The translations under genes and the position numbers were made by a program. Below the pieces are notes generated by a model. That model saw only the letters and a program-made list of their open reading frames with translations. It was not told the origin of the DNA and ran no database searches. Below, in pieces: positions 20,866 through 29,448 of a DNA stretch of 64,000 nucleotides. The stretch comes from Armatimonadota bacterium (GTDB lineage: Bacteria; Armatimonadota; UBA5829; DSUL01). Numbering within the stretch: the first letter of the stretch is position 1; each line of letters opens with the position of its first letter. Location of the stretch: assembly GCA_025998755.1 (NCBI GenBank), contig AP024674.1, forward strand, positions 956,004 through 1,020,003, given 5' to 3'.

Positions 20866-21638
20866 AGGGCACAAGCATGGACAGTCACTGCGGACGGCTG
20901 CACGTCGTCGCCGTGGGAGCTCATATTCACGATGCTGAGGTGATGGCCGGGCATCTGATTGCCCTCTATACCTCGGCCGGCCACCGCGGCACTTTCGTCC
21001 ACGCGACCCCGGGCGAAAAGGGTTCTCAGGCCCTGTCCGCGGATCAATATCGGCCCGTCAAGCTGGCAGAAGCGCGCCGGACTGCCAGGCGGCTGGGGGC
21101 GGATGTTCGCTTCCTTCCGTACGCGGACGCGGAGTTGCCGCTGGACCACCCCACCCGACTGCACTTTGCCGCTTTGTTCCGGGAGCTGCGACCGGACATC
21201 GTCCTGACCCACTGGCGGGGAAGCTTTCATTCCGACCACTGGCGCACTCATTGCCTCGTGATGGACGGCCTGCAGATGGCTGCTGACCCGTCAGTGGATG
21301 TTCCGGGAACGCCCCATCGGACTCCATGGGTGTTCTTCCCGGAAAACTGGGAGGATATGACAGGCTTCCAGCCCGAGATATTGGTGGACATCAGCGCCGT
21401 CTATGACCGCTGGCACGCCGCGATGATGGAACAGGGGCTGTTCCGCGGGGAGGTTTCCCGCTTTCGTTATAGAGAATACTATGAAGGGTTGAGCGTGGTG
21501 CGTGGTGCGCGCGCGTGGACGGAAAGGGCAGTCGTGCTGATGCGGTCACCATTCAGCTCCCACCGAGCAAGCCAATTACCGGACTGGCGGATACCCGCAC
21601 AGGCGCAAGCTCCGGAACGGGAGGGCGGCAGCAGATGA
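20862..21638 (+). CDS. PIG-L/LmbE-family deacetylase-like protein
   Basis: N-terminal VAVGAHIHDAE (variant of the AHPDD-E zinc motif) and a downstream FHSDHWRTH histidine cluster. Start is GTG 20862 (overlapping the livF stop) or ATG 20877. Confidence 0.65.
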   Translation: MKGTSMDSHCGRLHVVAVGAHIHDAEVMAGHLIALYTSAGHRGTFVHATPGEKGSQALSADQYRPVKLAEARRTARRLGADVRFLPYADAELPLDHPTRLHFAALFRELRPDIVLTHWRGSFHSDHWRTHCLVMDGLQMAADPSVDVPGTPHRTPWVFFPENWEDMTGFQPEILVDISAVYDRWHAAMMEQGLFRGEVSRFRYREYYEGLSVVRGARAWTERAVVLMRSPFSSHRASQLPDWRIPAQAQAPEREGGSR

Positions 21639-22324
21639 CGGAAAAGATCATAGACCTTGTGGACAGACAGGTCCAGAAGTCCATCCTTGCTCAGTCGCGC
21701 TGTGAGGACGAAGGCGGTCCTGGGTCGAAGGCAGCCCCGTACTGCCGTGTTGTGACCATCTCCCGCGAACTGGGCAGCGGAGGACGTAGAGTGGCCGAGG
21801 AGCTCGCCAACACGCTGCACCTGAGCCTTTGGGACCGCGAGCTGGTGGAGCGCATCGCTGAGGATGCCGACGTGGCCGATCACCTGGTGCGCCATTTCGA
21901 TGAACACGTGGTCTCCGAGATCGAGGTTCTGGTGCGACATCTTGCGGGAGAACCTCGAATCGGCGGATTCCAGTACAAGAGGCACCTTGCGCGCACCATC
22001 TTGCAGATAGCAAGAATCGGCAATGCGATCATCCTGGGCAGAGGGGGCAACTTCATCCTCCCCCACGCGCTGAATGTGCGCATCGTGGCCACAAAGGAGC
22101 TGCGGATCCACAACCTGATGCAGTTTGAAGGGTTGAGTCGGAGGGATGCGGAGCACGCCGTAGAGGAATCGGACCGCGAGAGAGCGGAGTTCACCCGGCG
22201 TCTCTGGGGACGCAAGTGGGATGACCCTCTCTGCTACGATCTGACACTCAGAATGGACGAGATGACCAACGCGGACGCAGCAGCGGTGGTCGCGACAGCG
22301 TTCAACAGGCGCTTTGCGAGCTAG
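21635..22324 (+). CDS. Cytidylate kinase-like family protein (degenerate P-loop)
   Basis: ISRELGSGGRRVAEELA block, a P-loop-like segment lacking the lysine as in the CK-like family. The ATG overlaps the upstream stop (ATGA). Confidence 0.7.
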   Translation: MTEKIIDLVDRQVQKSILAQSRCEDEGGPGSKAAPYCRVVTISRELGSGGRRVAEELANTLHLSLWDRELVERIAEDADVADHLVRHFDEHVVSEIEVLVRHLAGEPRIGGFQYKRHLARTILQIARIGNAIILGRGGNFILPHALNVRIVATKELRIHNLMQFEGLSRRDAEHAVEESDRERAEFTRRLWGRKWDDPLCYDLTLRMDEMTNADAAAVVATAFNRRFAS

Positions 22325-25196
22325 GCGCCACAACCTCGGGGATCTCGTCGGGACTGCCTTGCGAGTAGCGGTGGCCGCAGGGCTAGTCGTTGCACTGCTC
22401 CCCTACCCCGCTGAAGCCGCAGACGAGATCACTCCGGCCGAGGCAGTCCGGCTGCTCACCGCGGGCCGGACGGACCGCCTGAACCCTCGCCGTCACATCT
22501 TTCTGGACGGCGACTGGGAGTTCCGCCCGGAAAGAGAGCGGGTTTGGGTCAAAGCTTGTGTTCCGGGCAACTGGCACAATCTGCCGGGAATGCGGGGTTA
22601 TACAGGGACTGCTGAGTACCGGAAGACCATCGCCATTCCTCCCACGTGGAACGGCGACCCGTGGTTGGTCTTCGGCGCGGTGGACTACGCGGCGCGTGTC
22701 GTGGTGAATGACCGATACGTTGGCTTTCACGAAGGGGGCTACACCCCCTTTGCCTTCAACATTGGTCATATTGTCCGTCCGGGCCAGATGGCCACCATCT
22801 CGCTGGTGGTGGAAGATCCGGGGCCGGGAGCGGATATCCGGGGATATCCCTTCGAAGAGATCCCTCACGGGAAGCAGAGCTGGTATGGCAACGTCAGCGG
22901 CCCGTGGCAGCCGGTCATTCTGGAGGAGCGGGCCCGCACCCATGTTCGCAGCCTGAAGATAACGCCTGACATCCGGACGTCGTCGGTCCGTCTGGAGGTG
23001 ACACTTTCCCAGACCCCTCCCGCCGGCAGGGGGCAGCTTTTGGCCACCGTCTACGCTCCCCGGAGCGCCGCCCCGGTAGCCCGGTTGCAGGCAGATTTGA
23101 CATCCGCCCTGACTTATAGCCTGACTGCTCGTATCCCCGGTGTGGAGCTCTGGAGTCCGGAATCGCCCTCGCTTTACACCGTCAACATCAGCATTGTGAC
23201 GGAAGACGGGGCAGTAGTGGATCAGTTCGCCGACCGGTTCGGCATGCGAAGCATCACGGCAAAGGACGGGCGGATCCTTCTCAACGGCAAGCCGATCTTC
23301 CTGTCCGGCGCCCTGGATCAGGATTTCTACCCGGAGACGGACTATACCCCTCCGTCGGAGGAGTTCCTGCGCGACCAATTCCTGAAAGCCAAGAAGCTGG
23401 GACTCAACCTGCTTCGATGCCACATCAAGATACCGGACCCGCTCTATCTCAGGCTAGCTGATGAGATCGGGCTTCTGGTTTGGTACGAACTCCCGAATGT
23501 TGGAACGCTCACGCCGGCCGCCCGCGCGCGGCTGACCACTCTGATGAAGGAAGCCGCCGTGAGGGACTACAACCGTCCCTCGCTGATCATCGTCAGCCTT
23601 TTCAACGAGTCGTGGGGCATAGACATGTCCCGCCCCGAGCAGCGGAAGTGGCTGGTCTCCGCCTTCGATACAGCCAAATCCCTGTTCGGCGACCGGCTTA
23701 TCGTGGATAACTCCGCCTGCGCAGGCAACTTCCACATCAAGACCGATATGGAAGATTTTCACGGCTACTTTGCCCTCCCGGATAGCGCCGGGCGGCTGGC
23801 TGATTGGCTGGACGACTTCGCCGGCCGTCCCGCCTGGACATTCTCGCCGCACGGCGATGCGCTGCGGCGGGGAGATGAGCCGCTCGTGGTCTCTGAGATA
23901 GGAAGCTGGGCGCTTCCATCCCTCCAGAGTCTCTTTGCCTGCCATGGGGGGCAGAAACCCTGGTGGTTTTCCACTGCCACGGGAGCACTCCGGCCGGAAG
24001 GCGTGGAGGATCGCTTCCGCCAGACCGCACTGGATCGCGTCTTCGGCGATTTCGGCAGGCTTGCGCGGAACACTCAGGAGATGCAACTCCTCTCCTTCAA
24101 GCATACGGTGGAAGAGATTCGCCTCCGGCCTGCGATTTCCGGCTTTGTTTGGACGGAGCTGACGGATCTACAGTGGGAGTCCAACGGCCTGATGGACTTC
24201 TGCCGCAACCTGAAATCCGTGGCCAGGATTGCGCCCTTGTTGACCGGACCGCGCTGCGTAATCATCCGCCCGCAGCGCCGCAACGTTCGGCCGGGAGAGG
24301 CCGTCACCATCCGGCTGTCTGTCTCCAACTTCGGGGAGGCGCTGGACAGCTCGACCTTTGAGTGGGCGCTGGAAGGATTTCCGGACGTAACCGGCACCCT
24401 GCAGGCACCCACCCCTGCCCCGGCGGCCTCGGGCGGAGAAGGTGGCGAGTTCTCTTTCCTCGCGCCGGAAGTCTCGTCGCACCGCGTGGCGCGCCTGACG
24501 GTACGGTGGGTTTCAGGATCCCGGTTACTGGCGCAAAATTACGAGGACATCAACATACTGCCAGATGCTGGAGCTCTGCGCCTCCAGGTATACGTGGATT
24601 CGTCCGTGGCAGGCAGCGAAGAACTCGACGAGTGGCTTCGCGCCAGGGGGGCAACCGTGGTCTCCGCTCCTCTCACGGCTGATGTGGCCATCACCGGAAA
24701 GCTGACGGAAGACCTCATCCGGTGGACAGCCGAAGGCGGAAGGACGCTGCTTCTGGCGCGCGATATTTCGGCTTTCGGTGAGCACGCATCCCCGGTGCGG
24801 CTGGCTTCGCGATCCGAGGCGGATATGTGGGGAGACTGGGCGTCGGTGTTCACGTGGTTCGACCGCAGCCCCGTCTTCGCTGGGCTAAACACACGCCACC
24901 AGATGCTGGACTGGACCTTTGCCGCGGTGATACCGGATCACATCGTGACAGGACTTCCCGATGCGGCCTGGGACGATGTGGAGTGCGGCATGTTCGCCGG
25001 CTGGCTGCACAAGGGCAGCGCCGTCGTGCTGCGCGCGGGCACGGAGAACGCACGAGTCCTCATCACCACCCTCAGACTCACTGACGCGCTTGGAGATGAC
25101 CCTGTGGCCGACCAGCTGCTGCACAATCTGCTGCGGCGGGTTTCCGGGCCGTCCTTCCCGGTGGGAGCCCGCTGGGATGCCCTCTTTGGCCACTGA
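22314..25196 (+). CDS. Secreted glycoside hydrolase family 2 protein
   Basis: Signal-like N-terminus. GH2 sugar-binding blocks LDGDWEFRP and GFHEGGYTPFAFNI, TIM-barrel NLLRCHIK and acid/base-region FNESWG, then a long C-terminal extension. TTG start is uncertain. Confidence 0.8.
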   Translation: MRARRHNLGDLVGTALRVAVAAGLVVALLPYPAEAADEITPAEAVRLLTAGRTDRLNPRRHIFLDGDWEFRPERERVWVKACVPGNWHNLPGMRGYTGTAEYRKTIAIPPTWNGDPWLVFGAVDYAARVVVNDRYVGFHEGGYTPFAFNIGHIVRPGQMATISLVVEDPGPGADIRGYPFEEIPHGKQSWYGNVSGPWQPVILEERARTHVRSLKITPDIRTSSVRLEVTLSQTPPAGRGQLLATVYAPRSAAPVARLQADLTSALTYSLTARIPGVELWSPESPSLYTVNISIVTEDGAVVDQFADRFGMRSITAKDGRILLNGKPIFLSGALDQDFYPETDYTPPSEEFLRDQFLKAKKLGLNLLRCHIKIPDPLYLRLADEIGLLVWYELPNVGTLTPAARARLTTLMKEAAVRDYNRPSLIIVSLFNESWGIDMSRPEQRKWLVSAFDTAKSLFGDRLIVDNSACAGNFHIKTDMEDFHGYFALPDSAGRLADWLDDFAGRPAWTFSPHGDALRRGDEPLVVSEIGSWALPSLQSLFACHGGQKPWWFSTATGALRPEGVEDRFRQTALDRVFGDFGRLARNTQEMQLLSFKHTVEEIRLRPAISGFVWTELTDLQWESNGLMDFCRNLKSVARIAPLLTGPRCVIIRPQRRNVRPGEAVTIRLSVSNFGEALDSSTFEWALEGFPDVTGTLQAPTPAPAASGGEGGEFSFLAPEVSSHRVARLTVRWVSGSRLLAQNYEDINILPDAGALRLQVYVDSSVAGSEELDEWLRARGATVVSAPLTADVAITGKLTEDLIRWTAEGGRTLLLARDISAFGEHASPVRLASRSEADMWGDWASVFTWFDRSPVFAGLNTRHQMLDWTFAAVIPDHIVTGLPDAAWDDVECGMFAGWLHKGSAVVLRAGTENARVLITTLRLTDALGDDPVADQLLHNLLRRVSGPSFPVGARWDALFGH

Positions 25197-25202
25197 AAAC
25201 CT

Positions 25203-26708
25203 TCACAGACCGACTAGCTTCACATCGATGTTGAAGCTCTTGTAGCGATTCTGATAAGTGATCCGCGGTTCGATGCAGTGGAAGATTCGCGACACGCGCA
25301 GCCCCCAATCGTACACCCCGCCCCTCTGAAGGTCGAAATCCACCACAAAGTCCGAGCGGAGCAGGCCCCACACCGATTGCAGACGGGTGGCCAGCTTCTC
25401 TCCCACGTCAATGTTGTCAAACTCAAATGGCGAGGATCCGTCCGTGAAGTGGCGGGCGTAGGTTACCGCACCGAAATGCCGGGCCGAGAGTTGCCGTCCC
25501 ACTCCTATGCTCCCGCCAAGGACGGTCTGATGGCGACCGTCGCTGTACCAGGATGAACGGGCCAGCAAGACAGGATCCAGCACCCAACTGACCGGACGCC
25601 CCCTTTCCGTCCGGAGCACGGCACGGAGGTCGTACCGGGTTCTCCAGGTGCGGTCCGTGTGCTCCCGGAACCGCCCCACGCCACCCTGCGCGTCGAAAGC
25701 CAAGCGCCAGCCGCCGCCGACTCGCTTCGGCAACGCTGCGCCCAGCAGCCGGACCCCTGCTTCGGGCTGACGATCCAGATAGAGATACCGCACGTCCGGG
25801 TCATAGATGCGCTGACGGCGACCGAAGCGGAAGAAAACGTTCGCTCTGGGCGGCAAGGCCTCACCTGCTGTCAACACATCCTCTCCGCTCAAGAGTCCTG
25901 CTCCCATCAGGTCTGGCGCGATATCCCGGGTGAGAACCGGTTTCCGCGGGGCACTTCCGGTCAGTGACCGTTCGAGCTCCACGACGCCCTGCAGCCCACG
26001 CTTCTGGGTAATGCGTCCCTCAAGCGCAGCCGCCGACGTGTATGCGGTGGCAAACGGATAAGAGAATTTCAAGTAGGCGCCGTCTTGCTGCTCTGCTCCC
26101 GGTGTGGGAAAAAGCGGCTGAGTCTCCTGAAGCGACAGACGGTATGCGGGGAAGCTCATCACCCGCGTGTTTCCGATCCACAAGCCGATACGCCGGGCAG
26201 AAGCGTACTTGCCCGGATGCACAACCACTTCCCGGGCAGTCAGCCTCCAATGAGCGTGCTCCAGCCCGCATGTCGTTCCGGAGACGCCTTCCACCCGCAG
26301 AACCCCGTCCGGAGCCAGCCGGGCTGATTGGCCCGTGAATGTGTACAGACCGTATGTGCCAGAGGCTGACTGGAGGAATCCTTCGTCCGTTTTCAGGTTG
26401 TACCGGACACTGTCGGCTTTGAGCGTGCCGTCCGGCCGCTCCAGCAGCACATTGCCCGCTGCAGTGACTTCACCTGCCCTGTGGTTGCCCTCAGCCCTGT
26501 CTGCCCGGATGCGTGTCTCCCCGTACGTCAGCTCCACTCCGCCGGTGGCCGTCACGTTACCCGCCGGTGACTCCTCGATGAGCGGAGCAGTCAGGACCAG
26601 CTCAGGCTGCCGGGCGACCGCTGCCTCTTCTGTTGTTTGGGCAACGGAAGACTGATGCACTGCGATTGCCAGCGCCAGCATCGCTCCCAGCATTCTGAAA
26701 CCGGTCAT
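25203..26708 (-). CDS. LptD/OstA-like outer-membrane protein
   Basis: Signal peptide MLGAMLALAIAVHQSSVAQ, OstA-type N-domain (VTATGGVELTYGETRIRADRAEG ... VTAAGNVLLERPDGTLKADSVRYN), beta-rich C-terminus. The ATG at 26708 overlaps the MATE stop (ATGA). The 723-aa track ORF is an artefactual extension. Confidence 0.75.
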   Translation of the reverse strand: MTGFRMLGAMLALAIAVHQSSVAQTTEEAAVARQPELVLTAPLIEESPAGNVTATGGVELTYGETRIRADRAEGNHRAGEVTAAGNVLLERPDGTLKADSVRYNLKTDEGFLQSASGTYGLYTFTGQSARLAPDGVLRVEGVSGTTCGLEHAHWRLTAREVVVHPGKYASARRIGLWIGNTRVMSFPAYRLSLQETQPLFPTPGAEQQDGAYLKFSYPFATAYTSAAALEGRITQKRGLQGVVELERSLTGSAPRKPVLTRDIAPDLMGAGLLSGEDVLTAGEALPPRANVFFRFGRRQRIYDPDVRYLYLDRQPEAGVRLLGAALPKRVGGGWRLAFDAQGGVGRFREHTDRTWRTRYDLRAVLRTERGRPVSWVLDPVLLARSSWYSDGRHQTVLGGSIGVGRQLSARHFGAVTYARHFTDGSSPFEFDNIDVGEKLATRLQSVWGLLRSDFVVDFDLQRGGVYDWGLRVSRIFHCIEPRITYQNRYKSFNIDVKLVGL

Positions 26709-28051
26709 ATTTCGATCCCTCGCCATCGGCCCGTCGAAAAAATGAGCGCGATGATCACCCCATAGAGCGCCATGCTGCCGGACATAGCCCACCAGGCAGC
26801 CACCGCTCCGTTTCCGAGATGCACCGCCGCCAACCACGTCGCCGGAAGCCGTATCGCCCAAAGCGTCAGAAAAGTAGCCACTGTGGGAGATCGGGTGTCC
26901 CCTGCTCCCTGCAAGGCTCCGCCGAGAGCCATGGCAACGGCCAGAAACGGCTCCGAAAGGGCGTTGATACGCAGATATGAGACTGTCAACGCCACGATTC
27001 CGGCATCCTCCGTGAACAGCCGGGCGATCTGCGGAGCGAGCGCGAAAAAGGCCGCCGCCATCACGGTCATGACTATGACCGACTGACGGGCGCACGTCCA
27101 CGCCGCCTGTCGGGCTCTTTCTGGATGCCCGCCACCGAGGTTTTGGCCCACCAGGGCCGCCGCAGCGGTACTGTAAGCGAAACCCGGCATGAAGGCGATA
27201 GCCTCGATCCCGAGGCCGATGGTGAGAGCCGCCATCGCAGACCGCCCTTCCGGCAGCAGACCCAGCAGCGAGAAGTATACAATGCTGGCTCCGCTCCTTA
27301 GCAAAGTCTGCAGCCCGGCCGGAAGCCCAAGTCCCAGAATCCGCCCCGCCCACTGACGGCTCAATCCCGTCCATCTGCCCGTGGTCCCTTTCAGGCGGGA
27401 GCGACCCAACCAGATGAACGCCAGCCCGCAGGCTACCACACGCGACACAACAGCGGCAAGCGCCGCTCCGTTCAACCCCATCGCCGGTGACCCGAGCTTG
27501 CCGAAGATGAACACGTAATCCAGAGCGGCATTCAGCACCGCCGCAACCAGTGTCAGCCTCACCGGCGTCAGCATATCCGCCGTTCCCCGGAAAGCGGCGA
27601 TCAGCACGGTCAGCAGGAAAAGCGGCGGCAGCCCGGCCAGAGAGACCAGAAAGTAGGATCTGGCCAGAGGGACGATATCTGTCGCACCCCCGGCCAGGAA
27701 GGCGAGCATTATACCCGCCAGTGGAGCCAGGAGAAGCATCAGAAGCAACGCCGCCGCCAGAGCCAGGAACAGGGACTGCCTGGTGGCCTCTTCCGCCTTG
27801 TCGACCGAACCTGCCCCTATGAACCGCGCCACCATCGCCGTGGTTGCGGTGGACACTGCAACCACGGCGGCGAAGAGGAACATCAGCAGATTCTGGGAAA
27901 GGCCCATCGCCGCCACCTCGGCACCACCCAGCCGGGCGACGAACAGACGGTCAACGTTGTTGGTAAGAGTCTGAAGAAGGAGGGCGGTGACGGAAGGCCA
28001 GGTCAGGCCCCAGACGGTCCTCGACAGAGATCCCCGGCCTCTTCTCTTCAC
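26705..28051 (-). CDS. MATE-family efflux transporter
   Basis: 448 aa, about 12 TM helices, with typical MATE repeat architecture and N-terminal LLQTLTNNVDRLFVARLG block. Confidence 0.88.
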   Translation of the reverse strand: MKRRGRGSLSRTVWGLTWPSVTALLLQTLTNNVDRLFVARLGGAEVAAMGLSQNLLMFLFAAVVAVSTATTAMVARFIGAGSVDKAEEATRQSLFLALAAALLLMLLLAPLAGIMLAFLAGGATDIVPLARSYFLVSLAGLPPLFLLTVLIAAFRGTADMLTPVRLTLVAAVLNAALDYVFIFGKLGSPAMGLNGAALAAVVSRVVACGLAFIWLGRSRLKGTTGRWTGLSRQWAGRILGLGLPAGLQTLLRSGASIVYFSLLGLLPEGRSAMAALTIGLGIEAIAFMPGFAYSTAAAALVGQNLGGGHPERARQAAWTCARQSVIVMTVMAAAFFALAPQIARLFTEDAGIVALTVSYLRINALSEPFLAVAMALGGALQGAGDTRSPTVATFLTLWAIRLPATWLAAVHLGNGAVAAWWAMSGSMALYGVIIALIFSTGRWRGIEI

Positions 28052-28103
28052 CGGTCAGCCCCGCATCAAATCAAGCCGGTCCCCCGATACGGACGCAGCG
28101 TCC

Positions 28104-28136
28104 AAGAATGACAGGGAGGGCGCCAAGCGCCCTCCC
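28104..28136 (-). terminator. Hairpin terminator after the sugar-phosphate isomerase gene
   Basis: Minus strand GGGAGGGCGC, loop TTG, GCGCCCTCCC (10-bp stem), followed by TGTCATTCTT. Confidence 0.5.
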
Positions 28137-28167
28137 CCTTTCCGTATCCCCTCAATCCGCGGCAGGA

Positions 28168-28920
28168 CTATTTGCCCATCTTCCTGAGATTCTGCAGACA
28201 CTTCTCCACGCACTCCAGAGGAGGATAGGCGTAACTCTCCTGCTCGACGATGTACCATTCGGTATTGCCCTTCGTCTCGCAGAGCTCGAACACCTGATCC
28301 CACTTCACGTCGCCCTCTCCGATCAGCGCCTTGTCATACCCGGCAGAGTACTCCTTCAGGTGAACGGTACGCGCCCGCCCGGGATAACGCGCCAGAAAGA
28401 CCACCGGATCTGCCCCTCCGTGCATGCAGTTGCCGGTGTCCATCTGCATCACCACATCCGGAGAGGTGTTGCCGAAGAAGGTGTCCCACGGCAGCTCGCC
28501 GTCCAACTCTTGAAACTCGGTCCAGTGGTTGTGGTAGCCCGTCCACATTCCTAACGGCTTGAGCCTTGCGGCGAGTTCATCAAAGATGCCGGCCGTCCGC
28601 TTCCAGGCCTCGCGGGACTCCGTGTACTCCCCGTGGAGCCCCGGAACGATCAGGAAGCGGTTGCCAATTATGTGGTTGAACTCTACCGTCTTGTCGAACT
28701 GGTCGCCCAGGAGAGTGTCCAGCCCTGTGTGAGTGCCGCAGCACTTCAGGCCGTTGTCGTCCAGCATCTTGCGAAGGTCTTCCGCGCTGTATCCGTAGTA
28801 GCCTGCGAACTCCACACCTTCGTAGCCCATCTTGGCCACTGCCGCCAGCGTGCCGGGAAGATCCTTCGCGCAGTCCTCCCGCACGGAATAAAGCTGCAGC
28901 CCAATCGGAATCTTTGCCAT
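28168..28920 (-). CDS. Sugar phosphate isomerase/epimerase (xylose isomerase-like TIM barrel)
   Basis: Blocks GYEGVEFAGY, WTGYHNH and MDTGN. The ATG at 28920 (MAKIPIGLQLYSVRED) is preferred over the track start at 28986. Confidence 0.85.
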   Translation of the reverse strand: MAKIPIGLQLYSVREDCAKDLPGTLAAVAKMGYEGVEFAGYYGYSAEDLRKMLDDNGLKCCGTHTGLDTLLGDQFDKTVEFNHIIGNRFLIVPGLHGEYTESREAWKRTAGIFDELAARLKPLGMWTGYHNHWTEFQELDGELPWDTFFGNTSPDVVMQMDTGNCMHGGADPVVFLARYPGRARTVHLKEYSAGYDKALIGEGDVKWDQVFELCETKGNTEWYIVEQESYAYPPLECVEKCLQNLRKMGK

Positions 28921-29188
28921 CGTGATGATCCTCTGACCCTTCTTGCCGGTATTGGCGCGCATCGTTGCACCGGTGGAACCGGTCACGCACTGCGGCCTTC
29001 TGACTCTTGGCCTCCAAAGGGCCGGGTTCCTTCCTGTTTAGCGCCTGTCCTCCGTTGCTGTCTCCGGGGCAGGATTCCGCACGGGCGGCGGCAAAGAAAA
29101 GGCTGAAAACAAAAGTGGACATTTCACAAATCAAGCACGAAAAACTTGCCAGCCAACCACCTTCCACCCAGACAGGCGCACCAAGACG

Positions 29189-29416
29189 GTGCGCATTCCG
29201 CGAGGAGAATCTTTGACCATCGGCGAGGTCGAGGGGAGCGGACGGGTCGTCAGCCTGTGGCTGACCTTCCCAGGTTGGTTCTGGATACACTGGGACACGG
29301 ATGCACGCATAAGCCCCAGCACCGTGTTATTCCCGAACTGCCCCTTCCTTTATCTGGACACTCCGGAAAGACGACCGCGACCGAAGTATTCATGGGAGGA
29401 TCTTCTATCGCTTTAG
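29189..29416 (+). pseudogene. Possible decayed N-terminal fragment of a DUF2961/GH172-family gene
   Basis: The 75-codon ORF reads PRGESLTIGEVEGSGRVVSLWLT ... IHWDTDARISPSTVLFP. This resembles the pGe..l.d..G.G.I.hiW.T and YWDge..PsV..P blocks at the start of ~370-aa DUF2961 proteins, with an internal deletion and an early stop. Confidence 0.3.
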
Positions 29417-29448
29417 GGAACCCGTGACACGGATCACCAGAGTCTGCC

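Noticed and set aside
26709-27374. N-terminal 222-aa extension of the LptD-like ORF (track ORF 25203-27374)
   Set aside because: The extension overlaps the well-supported MATE gene in another frame and is Gly/Arg-rich. The internal ATG at 26708 gives a proper signal peptide and an ATGA junction with the MATE stop.
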